NCBI RefSeq assembly: GCF_026210795.1
Contig: NC_089430.1
Location: forward strand, 4,340,001 to 4,404,000
Length of the DNA stretch: 64,000 nucleotides
DNA from: Rhizophagus irregularis
Taxonomy: Eukaryota
Direction of reading: 5' to 3'
Shown here: positions 11,956 through 24,620 of the stretch, in pieces
How positions within the stretch are numbered: position 1 is the first letter of the stretch
Layout of the letters: each line of letters begins with the position of its first letter
Position numbers and translations under genes: made by a program
Notes under the pieces: generated by a model
The model's database searches: none
Told to the model about the DNA's origin: nothing
Seen by the model: only the letters and a program-made list of their open reading frames with translations

Positions 11956-14900
11956 ATGAAACTAGTTTCAAAAATTGATAAGGATAAAGGTAAGAAAATT
12001 ATGTAACAATTTGTATATTTCTATTATTTTATATAATTAAATAATTTATTTTATTATTATAGTTGGTGAGTTAATAGCTATTTTTTTTTATTGAATTTTA
12101 CATGATATTTTAAATAACTAAATTTTCTATTAATATAATTGTTTAATAATTACGGTACTAATATCATAGAAAGTAAGTATTTAATTTTATATTAATTTAT
12201 AAGTATTTATAAATAATTTAAACTAATAATAATGTTTATTTAAATAATTAGATTGTAAGTTACTGTATATACTTAATTTTTATATACAATTATAATATTT
12301 TATCTAATTGATTATAATTACTTTACTTTATAATTATTATTAATTAATAATGCTACAGGGTGTAAGTTATTTATTTAATTCTATTATATTTACATAATAT
12401 TTACATATAATTTAAACTAACTAAATTCCTTATTTAAAAAATTATTCAAATATTTTAGACTGTAAGTAATTCTATTATATTTGTATAATACTTAAATATA
12501 ATTTAAACTAACTAAATTCTTTATTTAAAAATTATTTTGTAAATTCTTTTAGTTGGTAAGCTATAAGTTATTTATTTAATCCTATTATATTTATAACATT
12601 TACATATAATTTAAACTAACTAAATTCTTTATTAGATCGTAAGTAATTCTATTATATTTATATAATATTTACATATAATTTAAACTAACTAAATTCTTTA
12701 TTTAAAAAATTATTTTGTAATTTCTTTTAGTTGGTAAGCTATAAGTTATTTATTTAATCCTATTATATATATAATGTTTACATATAATTTAAACTAACTA
12801 AATTCTTTATTTAAAAAATTATTCAAATATTTTAGAATGTAAGTAATTCTATTATATTTATAATATTTACATATTAATTTAAACTAACTAAATTCTTTAT
12901 TTAAAAAATTATTTTGTAATTTCTTTTAGTTGGTAAGCTATAAGTTATTTATTTAATTATATTTATATAATATTTACATATTAATTTAAACTAACTAAAT
13001 TCTTTATTTAAAAATTATTTTGTAATTTCTCTTAGTTTGTGAGTTATAAGTTATTTATTTAATTCTATAATATTTATATAATATTTACATATAATTTAAA
13101 CTAACTAAATTCTTTATTGAAAAAATTATTCAAATATTTCAGATCGTAAGTAATTCTATTATATTTATATAAATTTACATATAATTTAAACTAACTAAAT
13201 TCTTTATTTAAAAAATTATTTATTAGGGTGTATGTTATTTATTTAATTATATTGTATTTACATAATATTTACATATAATTTAAACTAACTAAATTCTTTA
13301 TTTAAAAAATTATTCAAATATTTTAGATTGTAAGTAATTATATTATATTTATATAATATTTACATATAATATAATTTAAACTAACTAAATTCTTTATTTA
13401 AAAAATTATTCAAATATTTTAGATCGTAAGTAATTCTATTATATTTATATAATATTTACATATAATTTAAACTAACTAAATTCTTTATTTAAAAAATTAT
13501 TTATTAGGGTGTATGTTATTTATTTAATTATATTGTATTTAAATAATATTTATATATAATTTAAGCTAACTAAATTCTTTATTTAAAAAATTATTTTGTA
13601 ATTTCTTTTAGTTGGTAAGTTATAAGTTATTTATTTAATTCTATTATATTTATATATATTTACATATAATTTAAGCTAACTAAATTCTTTATTTAAAAAA
13701 TTGTTCAAATATTTTAGAACGTAAGTAATTCTATTGTATTTATATAATATTTACATATAATTTAAATTAACTAAATTCTTTATTTAAAAAATTATTCAAA
13801 TATTTTAGATTGTAAGTAATTCTATTATATTTATATAATATTTACATATAATTTAAGCTAACTAAATTCTTTATTTAAAAAATTATTTTGTAATTTTTTT
13901 TAGTTGGTAAGTTATAAGTTATTTATTTAATTCTATTATATTTATATAATATTTACATATAATTTAAACTAACTAAATTCTTTATTTAAAAAATTATTTA
14001 TTTAATAATATAGGGAGTATGTTATTTATTTAGTAATTCTATTATATTTATATAATATTTACATATAATTTAAACTAACTAAATTATTTAAAAAATCATT
14101 TAAAATATTTTAGCCTGTAAGTATTGCATTTTTTTAATTATAAAAATCTTATATTTTTATATTTAATTTATTATAATTATATAATATTTTACTCATAATA
14201 ATTAAATTTTTTTAAAAAATTTTGATAATTTATTTAGTTGGTAAGCTATAAGTTATATACTACTTATTTAAAATTTAAATCAATTAAATTAATTAATTAT
14301 TTATTATATTAAAATCTTACAATTTTATTTAGAGTAAGTATAATTAATATTATTTAATATTTAAATTTTTAATTGTAAATTTTATTTTAAATTTTAATTT
14401 TTCATTTTTGTATTTAAAGACTTGGTACTAGTGGAAGTGAAGTTGTGAATCAATTTATTCATAAAAATAAATTAAAATGGTTTCCTTATGATAGATTTGA
14501 AAATATTGAATATCTTGATAAAGGAGGATTTGGTACTATATATAAAGCTAAATATAATAGTATTGAAGTAATTTTTAAATATTTTGATCATCTTAATCAT
14601 TCAGATGAAAGTTTAAATGAATTTTTAAATGAAGTATGATTAAACATTATTATTTTTTTTTGATATTATAATTTATTTATATTAATTAATTAAATATTAT
14701 TTTTTTTATAGTGGAAAATTATTAATTCACATGGAATTATTAAAATATATGGATTCACAAAAGATCCAGATACATTGAATTATGTATTAGTGATGGAGTA
14801 TACAAATAAGTATAGTTTAAAAAGATGTTTAACAGAAATAACAAAAAATTGGAAACAAAAATTATTATATTTATATCAAATTATTAGAGGTCTTAATGAT

Positions 14901-16965
14901 ATTCATGAAAAAGATCTAATTCATTATAACTTTCATAATGGTAATATTTTATGTAACAAATATAAAGAAGAACTATATGGAATTTTTATTAGTGATTATT
15001 TAGGATTATATCAACTTGCAAAATCTTTTTTAAAAGAAAATGATATCTATGGAGTTTTACCATTTATAGCACCTGAAATTTTAAAAGGTCAACCCTATAC
15101 TCAAGCTAGTAATATATATAGTTTTTCTATAATTATGTGGGAATTTACATCTAAAATTCTACCATTTAATGATAAAGCACATGATCTTCAGCTTGCTTTA
15201 AGTATTTGTAAAGGTGAACGTCCTGAAATTATTGAAAATACTCCACAATGTTATATAGATTTAATGAAAAAATGCTGGGATGAAGATCCATTAAAAAGGC
15301 CATCTTCTAAAGAAGTTTTAAATATTATTGAAAATTGGATTTTTCTTTCACAGAATAAGGAGATTGAAGATATTAGTGAAGAATTAAAAAGCGATATTAT
15401 GGAATTTATAAATGCACCAATTGAGCATAATAAACTTATTGTAAAATCTCATCCAAAAGCATGCTATACAAGTCATTTACTTGATCTTACCAGTGAAGAA
15501 TTAAATGAAATTCTAGAAGATTCTCAAGGATTTCTTAAATCTTTGAAACAAAAATATCAAAGTTCTCAAAATGAGTTTGATTATCACTCTACAAAACCGA
15601 AAATAAAATGGATTTCATATTCACAAATTAAAAGTTTAAAAAAAATAGCAGAAGGAGGGTTTGGTATTATTTATAAAGCTTTAATTAATGGAGACGTTGT
15701 TGCTATAAAAAAAGTTTTAAATTCTCAAGAACCAAATAAATATTTTTTAAATGAGGTAATTAATTTTCAAAATTTTTTTTTTAAAGATATTTAATATACT
15801 AATTTGAACTATAAAATTTTAGTTAAAATCACTTTATCAATGTTATGATAGTAAATTTGAATATATTATTAAATGTCATGGTATCACAAAAGATCCTATA
15901 ACAAAAGAATATATGTTTATAATGAAATATGCAAATGGAGGAGATTTACATAATTATTTACAAGAGAATTTTGCAGAGATTACATGGAAGAAAAAATTGC
16001 ACATTTTGTGGCGAATTTCAGATGGGTATCTATAACTTAACGTTAATTAATAATGATTTTAAAATTATTTAAACAAAATTTTATTAATAACCAATTTTTT
16101 ATTTTAGACTTCAAACTATTCATAAAAAAAATTTCGTACATCGAGATTTTCATAGTGGAAATATATTGGTTGAAATAATTGAAAATGATTCATGTAAAAT
16201 AGATCAATATCTAATTGGAGATTTAGGATTATCACAGCCCGCAAATGACATACATGATAGCAGTATATATGGAGTAATACCTTATATTGCACCAGAAATA
16301 TTTAAAGGCGGCAAATTTTCCAAATCATCTGATATTTATTGTATGGGCATGATTATGTGGGAATTAACATCTGGTCGTAAACCTTTTGCTAATGTTGAAC
16401 ATGATGTTGATTTAATTTATAAAATTATTGATGGAAAACGGCCTAATATTACTGACGATACTCCCGAAGATTTTGCTAATTTAATGAAAAAATGTTGGAA
16501 TCCTGATCCTAAAAAAAGACCTTCAGCAACGCATGTTTGTGAAATTTTTAATTCTTGGTCAAATATGGAAATGGTTGCCGAATATTTTAATCAAGCTGAA
16601 GAAATAAGATTAGAATTAATAAAATCAAAAATGATTGGACCAGATTTCAATGAGAAATCTCATTCAAAAGCAATTTATACTAGTAGATCATTAAGCTCTT
16701 TAACTGGTTCACCTTCAATTATAACGTTTAATACGAAACCAAGTATGTAAACATTATTTTTTATATAAATTTGGACAATATTTACAACATTTTAACATTT
16801 AATAAATATTATCATCTTAGATAATAAACTTATTGAAGAATCAATCAACAATAAAGGTATTAAGTTATCTTTTAATCAGTACGTAAAGGAATTTATTAAT
16901 TACTTGATTTTTTTTCTTTAGAATATATTACAAAAGAATACGAGCATGATATAAATAAAATTTAA
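11956..16965 (+). CDS. Tandem pseudokinase-kinase (TKL-like) with an N-terminal region encoded by micro-exons
   Basis: First exon ends 11989 (ATG at 11956; upstream in-frame ATG 11851 is cut by TAA 11884-11886). Then 23 three-nt exons plus one 1-nt exon, followed by exons 14420-14633, 14712-15755, 15823-16025, 16108-16742, 16821-16856, 16922-16965. Domain 1 has HYNFHNGN; domain 2 has HRDFHSGN, DLG and APE. Confidence 0.8.
12063..14333 (+). repeat. Tandem array of ~80-125 bp intron plus micro-exon units
   Basis: Recurring unit gt(a/g)(a/t)g...TTTAAACTAACTAAATTCTTTATT...(t/c)ag-NNN; 24 AG-[1 or 3 nt]-GT junctions counted. Confidence 0.9.
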
Positions 16966-19552
16966 AGGTACAATTAAAAGTTTTCTATTATTGCATTTAA
17001 TAATTGTTTTGGCCAATTCAGTATCTAATAAGATTTCAGAAGTAATCCAATAAATCCAAGAAAACAAGATGCAACTGAAGATTTTACTAAATAAATTTAT
17101 TATTTTATTTTATTTTATATTTTTTCTTTTAAAAAAAAGAAATGCATATTAAGTTAGTAACAATGTTAACACAGAATCTTATGAATAGAAACTTTTGTAA
17201 TCATGTTCTGCTTTTATTAAGTTATTTATTTATTATTACAATTACTATTTGTTGAAATAAAGATTATAATTACGTCTAAATTGTAAATCACTACTAGTTG
17301 CTATAATTATAACATCATATTATTTATTTACATTTACTACATAAAAAATGCATATTGTTACGCGAAATCTTGCTCACATGATTTCCGACGTCATATGATG
17401 ATCCGATATGAATACAGTACATTTGTGTATCTGTCGATTTTTGACGATATGTGTCGGTTTATATCGATATACAACTGCGGATTTGTGTACATTAGATTAA
17501 CTTAATAGAAGATATTGATTTTAATTTATTATATTTATAATTATCTGTTATAGTATTATTATGTTTATTCATTTTATTATTGTTTATATTATTTATTTTC
17601 TTTATTTGTATTGTTTATATGTATAAGATTTTATTAGAAGTTAAATTAGTTCAATAGTAATTAACCGTCCAAAATTGTCATTTGTATTTTATTAAAAAGT
17701 GGCTTACAAATGTATTGATATATTACGATGAAACCTAGACAATAAGATATCAATAGAATATCAATAGATATTTATCGATTAGATTTCGCCTTGATGACAG
17801 AAAAAGAGATGATAGATAGATAAAATAGTCAGATATAAATACCTTCTGCCAACTCTTTGATAGCAGTAGTTACGAGATAGTTATCTTCATAGTTACCTTA
17901 ATATATATATATTCTCTTAGTTAATTGTCTTTAAGATATATTCCCTATCACTTTTTATCACTTTCTATCACTTTGTTGTAAAGACCCGAAATTATATATA
18001 TTAATAAAATCGTTATACTTGTTGTTTACCTTGACGATTCTTAACGAACAATACCGGAATACCAGGATAGGTAGTATTGAGTAAGAATCTTGTTGGTAAT
18101 CGAGTAATTATACGAAATAATACTGCTAGTTATACGACTCTTAATTACCGATATAACCGGTAACAATATGTAGCTATAGAAATAATGCTAAGTAACTTTT
18201 CGGATAAAGCTATTTATATACCAAACCTGTACACGTTAATGTACATAGTTTTTCTCTAATGTGAACTGCCAATTTTTTTTCTGACTATATTAGAATAAAT
18301 ATTATGATTTTATAAGACTTTGAAACTAATTAGTTACGAAACAATAGCAATTTGAGACGGTTTCGCTAATATAACATGCAGTTACGAATTTATGGCCAAT
18401 TTATGACGACCACTTAACAATCATAGGAATAATTATAGGAACAAAAAAAGATGAATTCAAGGTATTTGTATAGTATGATATTTAAGTTCGGCAATGTGAA
18501 AGTTATTGAATACAGTTGAGAATATCACATCTGATCTCGCGTGATATCATATTGTGGAATTTTCAGGTGTCCTAGTCAGGTCTCAAAAGGTTGCCACCTC
18601 GAGGAAGAAAAACAAGATTTACATGCCAACAATCGATACTCGCGTAAAACAAGTAGCGACACACTCCTCCGGCACCACATCCCAATTATTATTAACTCAA
18701 ATAATCAAAATTTTATACAAATACGAAAGTTTTCTTATGGTTATATCATTTCAGACCTGACAGTATTAATGTATGACACTTTAGTAAAAGAAAAATACAG
18801 AATTTAGTAGATTATCCCTTTCTTAGTTTGTGTTTATATCCTTACCCACTTTTTTGTCCTGACAAATGGGTTAGTATTGCACTAAGCGGTATTGATGCTC
18901 AATTTCTATAATGCACATTATTCACACAGTTTAGTTTGCTTGTTTACTTATGTATATTACCAAATTGGCTGCTCTCCATTCAATAAAGTAAAATGAAATA
19001 AAATATCTAGATATAAATTTATTATATCCATTAAGCTAGCAAAATTTGCACAATATGTTGAAGTTATTTAATACAATTAAATAAATTATTCACAATGTAT
19101 CCAATATTTTTGTGTCTAGATAAAAAAATTATCATCATACTTTTTTGAAACGAAGAATTGATTCCATTTTCAATCTATCAAAATCTTTCCTTAATAATAA
19201 ATGATGATCAAAAAATTCATATTCAGTTTATTTGGCGAAAACTATTTCAAAGGTTCTTATACTGCTAATTTGATTACGAAAAAAAATCATATTATAAATT
19301 TACTGCCACAATTTAATAAACTATTATACAATAATGAAGATAATAAAGTATACAATACTCGATATAATCATCTCATTTAATCGAAATTCTTTTTATTATT
19401 CATATTTTAAGTACCTTCATTTGTTTATTACAGTATCATCAAATGACAAAGAATATAGAAGGAGTTTCGAAATTTGGATTTCAATAATATGATTTTCGGA
19501 ATCTTGTCACTTTTGGTTCAAATTAGAAAGTATCGAATCCCATCAACTAAGC

Positions 19553-20950
19553 TTTTTTTTTTTTTCATGTAACGCATTTCTTTATTCAGGATAGATATCC
19601 AACATCAAAAAATCTAGAACAATACGTGCAACACGATATGGCTATATAACGAAATTTAATCTATCCTAATACAAACAAAACAACAAAATAAAAAAAAAAA
19701 CCTATCAAAACATACACTTTCTACACACTGAACAAAAACCTCTATTTCTAACTAAACTACACAAAGACTAACGTTTACAGGAAACACTGACTAATCTAGA
19801 GAAAAATAATTACAATCCTCCCGGCCTTTTCCCCCGTCCCTGTAAAAAATCTGATCCGTGTTTTATCTTTCCATGTTTTTTCCATGAATGTTATCATTTT
19901 CATGGAATTTATGGCCTTAAATCATGGAAATTTTCATCTCGCTAACACGGATATCCATGAATGTATCATTTTCACGGAATTTTTACGGAAGACACGGAAA
20001 TATTCGGATAAAAATTTTTTTTTCAAACATTTTATTGATGCAAAGCATGAGACTTGAGAACAAGGTTCCTTTCACTTTCCCTCTTTGACCAAAATCCTAA
20101 AAACCAAAAAATATTTTTGCCTGGCGGTCAGTCCCTCAAAGAAAACCTTGTATTTGTTTCTCAAAAATTTTGTTCATGTAACCACATGACAGTTTCTTTC
20201 GCTACTTGCTTTCCAAAATGTGTCGAAACCTACAAAAAAAAGTTAATACGTCCCTCCAAGAAATTAGACTAGTCGGTTTTAGCTCCTAAAGATAATTCTA
20301 GAATCGACAGTCGCGATTGGTTCGCCAGTCCATATTCCTGAAAATCCGTATCAAAATCCAAATCGTCATCGTCTTCTCTCACGTGATTACCGCGGTCTTG
20401 GCTGATCCCTCCTCGGATAAAATTGTAATTTGCCTCACACCTCATTTCTCTTTAATCCTCAGCGAGTTTTCCATTACTTCTTTTGTATTCCGTCCGCGTG
20501 CTAAATTTTGCTGCGCCGTTCAGAAAATTTTTGCGACGAAAATTCCCAAGAAACACTGAAGTCCAAAGAAGCCCACATATGCCCGGAGTCGTCAAAAAGC
20601 ATGCTTCTTTTATTTTTCCCCGCATCTTTGTATAACGTCCCATCAACTTTATAGGAGCAAATACTTCGCCCTACTTGGTCTCTTTTGGGGGTCGCTACCG
20701 ATGGCTGACAGAAGGAAATAGCATTTTTGAGCGAGAAAATTAGAAAACACTAAGTGAACCCCAGCACAACTCATATCAAAATGTTCCTTAAGGAGTGAAT
20801 AAGCAGTTGGTCATGGTGGAATGCGTCTAAAGTAAGCTAGTAAGCTTTTCCTAAGCAATTTTTGAACTCTTCCGCCTTTTGTTCCGTCCTGAAATTTGTG
20901 TACATGATGATCGGTGGGAAGAGTTCCTGAGAGAATTTTTTCTCAAATAA
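19553..20950 (-). mobile_element. Degraded retroposed (LINE-related) element with poly(A) tail; contains a truncated CCCTG-type MITE end at 19838
   Basis: Poly(T) on + at 19553-19565; minus-strand 3' end AATAAAGAAATGCGTTACATG(A)n resembles AATAAAGATGCATTACAG..(A)n of the element at 54468-57176; GC-richer body; 5' boundary uncertain. Confidence 0.4.
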
Positions 20951-21283
20951 GCGTTTCACAAACCGATCAAAATCAATATTTTTATTTTTCGATACACTTT
21001 CAATTAACATAATTTAATTTATTATGTTTTGCATGATGTGTAGACTGTAGACATTATCATTTAGTTCTTTTATGATAGTCCTTTAACAATATTACAGGAA
21101 TTCATACTATTGACTATTCTATTTACTTTAAATTTGTTTTCCAAATTGTCTGTTATGAAAATATTACTCATTTAAAAGGTTAAATTTAAGAGATGAATAA
21201 TAATTAATTATTTGTACTGTATACTACTAAATACTTTTTCATTTTACTCAATTATTTATTATTAAATTAACTTTAACGATTTT

Positions 21284-21655
21284 ATTATCGCTTTTTTCGA
21301 ATTACTGTGAACAGTATAAACAAGAAAAATAAATAAAATAAAAAAAGTGAATTTTATTAAAAGCTCACGAAAGCAGTAAATTTTTATTGCATTTTTGGAT
21401 GTAGAAGGTGCGATTATAACATGAAAACCTTGATTTTAGGACAGAAAATCCAAGTTTACTTACAGAGAACTTTTGGGTCACATGAAATCTCAAAAAAGTC
21501 GCTTATATGCAAACTTGACAAAGAATTAAGTTTTCTGCTTTGAAATTAACGTTTTCGGGTTACAATCATGCACTTTCTCTATCCAAAAATGCAAATAAAA
21601 TTTACTGTTTTCGCGGGTTTTAAACTGTTTACAGTAATTCAAAAATGGTGATAAT
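21284..21655. mobile_element. Fold-back MITE
   Basis: Imperfect inverted repeats TTTTCGAATTACTGTGAACAGTATAAA / TTTAAACTGTTTACAGTAATTCAAAAA, plus inner inverted segments at 21367-21430 and 21550-21615. Confidence 0.55.
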
Positions 21656-21973
21656 TTATAACAATAAATTTTATACATTATCTTACTTCTTAATAATTCA
21701 AAATAAATTTTTATAAAAAAAAATTTACTAAATTTTCCTATGATTTATATTTAATTTTTAATTAAATTTGAGAAGATAACTTCTTAGATATTTGATTACA
21801 ATGATAATAACTGCGAAGTGATTTCAGAATGTGATCCGTTTAACTTAAGAACATTTGCTTATGTACTAATCCACTAATCGCACCAAATATAAATCTTAAA
21901 ATTAGATTATGCAGCTATAATAAATAAATGTAATGATAATAATAAATTTTCTTTATAGCATTAAAGCCTCGTG

Positions 21974-23470
21974 TTATCTATCTTCAATAAAGGTTTCAAT
22001 TTCCTTAATAGTATAAGTTGCCGCCTCAATATTTAAATTATTTTCATAATTTTGGCAAGCATTATAATTAACAAATAATTTTTCATTGTCCATGACCAAT
22101 GAACCTTGACCAAAATTAAATCCACTATAACAATCTAATATGGCACGAGATTTATTTACTACCCGACTTATTTTCATATTTTGAGTATCTTCACTATCTT
22201 CAAACGAGAAAATAAAATTATCTGATGAATCATAAAATTTAAGACTATGAACATTATTAAAATTATATCCTAATGAACTAAATCCGATAGAACTGTATCC
22301 ACCAAAAATTTTACTTGTATTTTCAACTTTAACCAAAACTAAACTTGCTACTCGACCATTACATTTATTTCTAAATGAATAATCACTAATTCCGTCACGA
22401 ATACTACGATAAATAGGTTTAAACCTATATAATAGATCATTACCAGTACGAGGATTTTTAGAATTTTTTTTAACAATCCAATTTTCTATAATTGGATTTA
22501 CAAGTTCTAAGTTAATAATATTTGATTTAATTTTTCTTATTCTAATTGGTAAAGATGGTGAAATACTATTATAATAAAATTCTTCAATTTCTTTAAAAAT
22601 GTGACTAGGGATAATGGCCTTATATGGATAGACTTTATTAAATAAGTCTTTATGAGAAATTCCCACAAATCGAATAAGAGGAATAAATTGATTTAAAATT
22701 TGTTTCAATGAATCATAATTATCATTATCCCAATTTGTTCTATCACTATTACTACTACTTCCTAAACCAGCAGAAGTTTGTTCAATACCCCATTTAATTA
22801 AATAATCCCAAACTTTAACTTCTTCAATTTGTAAGTTATCACTTTCAAGCAAATTAAAAAGAGAGTCTTTATCCAATGAAAGAAAAGATTTTGAAGTAAT
22901 AAATGGCAAAGGATCTTCACAGATAGATTCAAAACAATAGTCTTGCAAGTTCTTACAACTGACAAGTCTAAAAACTGTATTAAGAACGAGAACAAAATTT
23001 TGACGAACCCATATGTTTTGTTTCTTAATTAAATAATCTTGAACATGTTCAAATAACTCTTCAAGTAGTAATTCATCAGATGCAACTAATAGACCAAGAA
23101 TATTTTCACCCGATTGTTTAGTTAAATCAAGTTCACCAGTGTAAATATATCTAATAATATTTATTCCGGATAAGTTTAGAATTTAAAAAATTGTAAAAAA
23201 ATTAAATGATTCTCACCTCAAAATCATATCAAAAATAGTTGGTGTTAAATTCGGTTTACTAAATATAATCATATTATCTTTCTTTGTAACCCAATTAGAA
23301 GAAAGAGCTCCTTTGAAATAAGAAGAACGAGCACGTAAAATAACTGAATGTGCACGAAATTCTTTCATATTTTGATTTTCACCAACTTGTATAATAACAT
23401 TGTAATCATCTGCATCATCTAATATTAAGGAGAAGTCTTTTGAAAGACCAAGATGAAAAATTGAAGCCAT
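21974..23470 (-). CDS. BTB/POZ-BACK-TLDc domain protein (paralog 2)
   Basis: Exon 23470-23217, intron 23216-23151, exon 23150-21974; same motifs and intron position as paralog 1. Confidence 0.9.
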
Positions 23471-23600
23471 TTTTTTTAAAATATTTTTTTAAAAAAAAAC
23501 ACCTTATTTTTATAAAAATAATCACATGCATTTGGTGACTAAAAATATGTAACGATGACACGATGTACAATAAACTAATGCATTTTTAGTGAGATTTGCA

Positions 23601-24052
23601 TAAAGTTGCGTCGTTTCGGCTATAGCAGATGCCGAAACGCTTTGCTGAAATCCCAAACTAAATTCAATGGGTTGAGATTTTGACAATAGTTAGGAACCAA
23701 ATTGCTGAAACATCAAACTATTATCAAATCCCGGATGGTTGCCAAAATCCCAAACTGTTTCCAAAATCGGACCATTGCTGAAATTTCAAACCATGATTGT
23801 TGAAACTTAAAATTGGGTGTCAAAATCCCAAACCTATCAACTGTATAACAAAAATATTTCAGTTCTTGGAATATAATAATTGTTGAAATCCCAAATCCCA
23901 AACTTGCCAAAAGCCCAAACTGTTGCTGAAAATCCAAAACTGATGTCAAAATTCCAAATTATTACCGAAATTCAACTCTAAAATTTGATTTGGGATTTCA
24001 GTAAAGATTTTCGGCATTTGCTATAGCCGAAACGTTTCGGCGCCCAACTCTA
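23601..24052. mobile_element. MITE (hAT-like termini) with internal AAATCCCAAA repeats
   Basis: Inverted ends CGTTTCGGCTATAGCAGATGCCGAAA / TTTCGGCATTTGCTATAGCCGAAACG; absent from the paralogous upstream region at ~26290-26310; no clean TSD. Confidence 0.6.
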
Positions 24053-24620
24053 ACATAAAGCCATATTGGTGTTAATTTACTTTCAAAAACGGATGACAAA
24101 AATGAAAAAAGTCAAATATGTCAAAAATGGTATTCGAAACCCCATGCTGTGCACTAAGTAAACTTGCACAGCAGGTTAAAATACACATATCATGTGTAAC
24201 TTGAAAGTTTTATATGTTGGTGAGGGCAATTTATTTCACAAAAAATGAAGTTACACAAGTTTCAAAAAAAGAGAAGTGACCAGATGATCACTAAATCCGA
24301 AAAAAAATTGTGATTTATATTTATTTGTAATCAAATTTGAGAAGATAACTTCTTAAATATTTGCTTAAATAACAATAAATTCTAGTTATAAATTCTCTGC
24401 AAATTGCCTTTTGCAATGATAATAACAGCGAAGTAATTTCAGAATGTGATCTGTTTAATATAAACTTGAGAACATTTGCTTGTGTATTAATCTACTAATA
24501 GATTTATTAATCGCACCAAATTTAAATATATTTTGACATGGAGGGAAAAACATAAATCTTAAAATAGCTATAAATAAATGTAATAAAATAATAAATTTTC
24601 TTAATGGTATTAACCCCGTA

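Noticed and set aside
12063..14333. CRISPR-like or plain satellite interpretation of the ~95-bp repeat array
   Set aside because: Eukaryotic context, no cas genes, no unique spacers; the variable part is 1-3 nt bounded by splice signals and fits the kinase frame.
18300..19450. Slightly GC-richer region with short ORFs 18541-18807
   Set aside because: No recognisable motif or boundaries; may be a decayed gene but cannot be supported.
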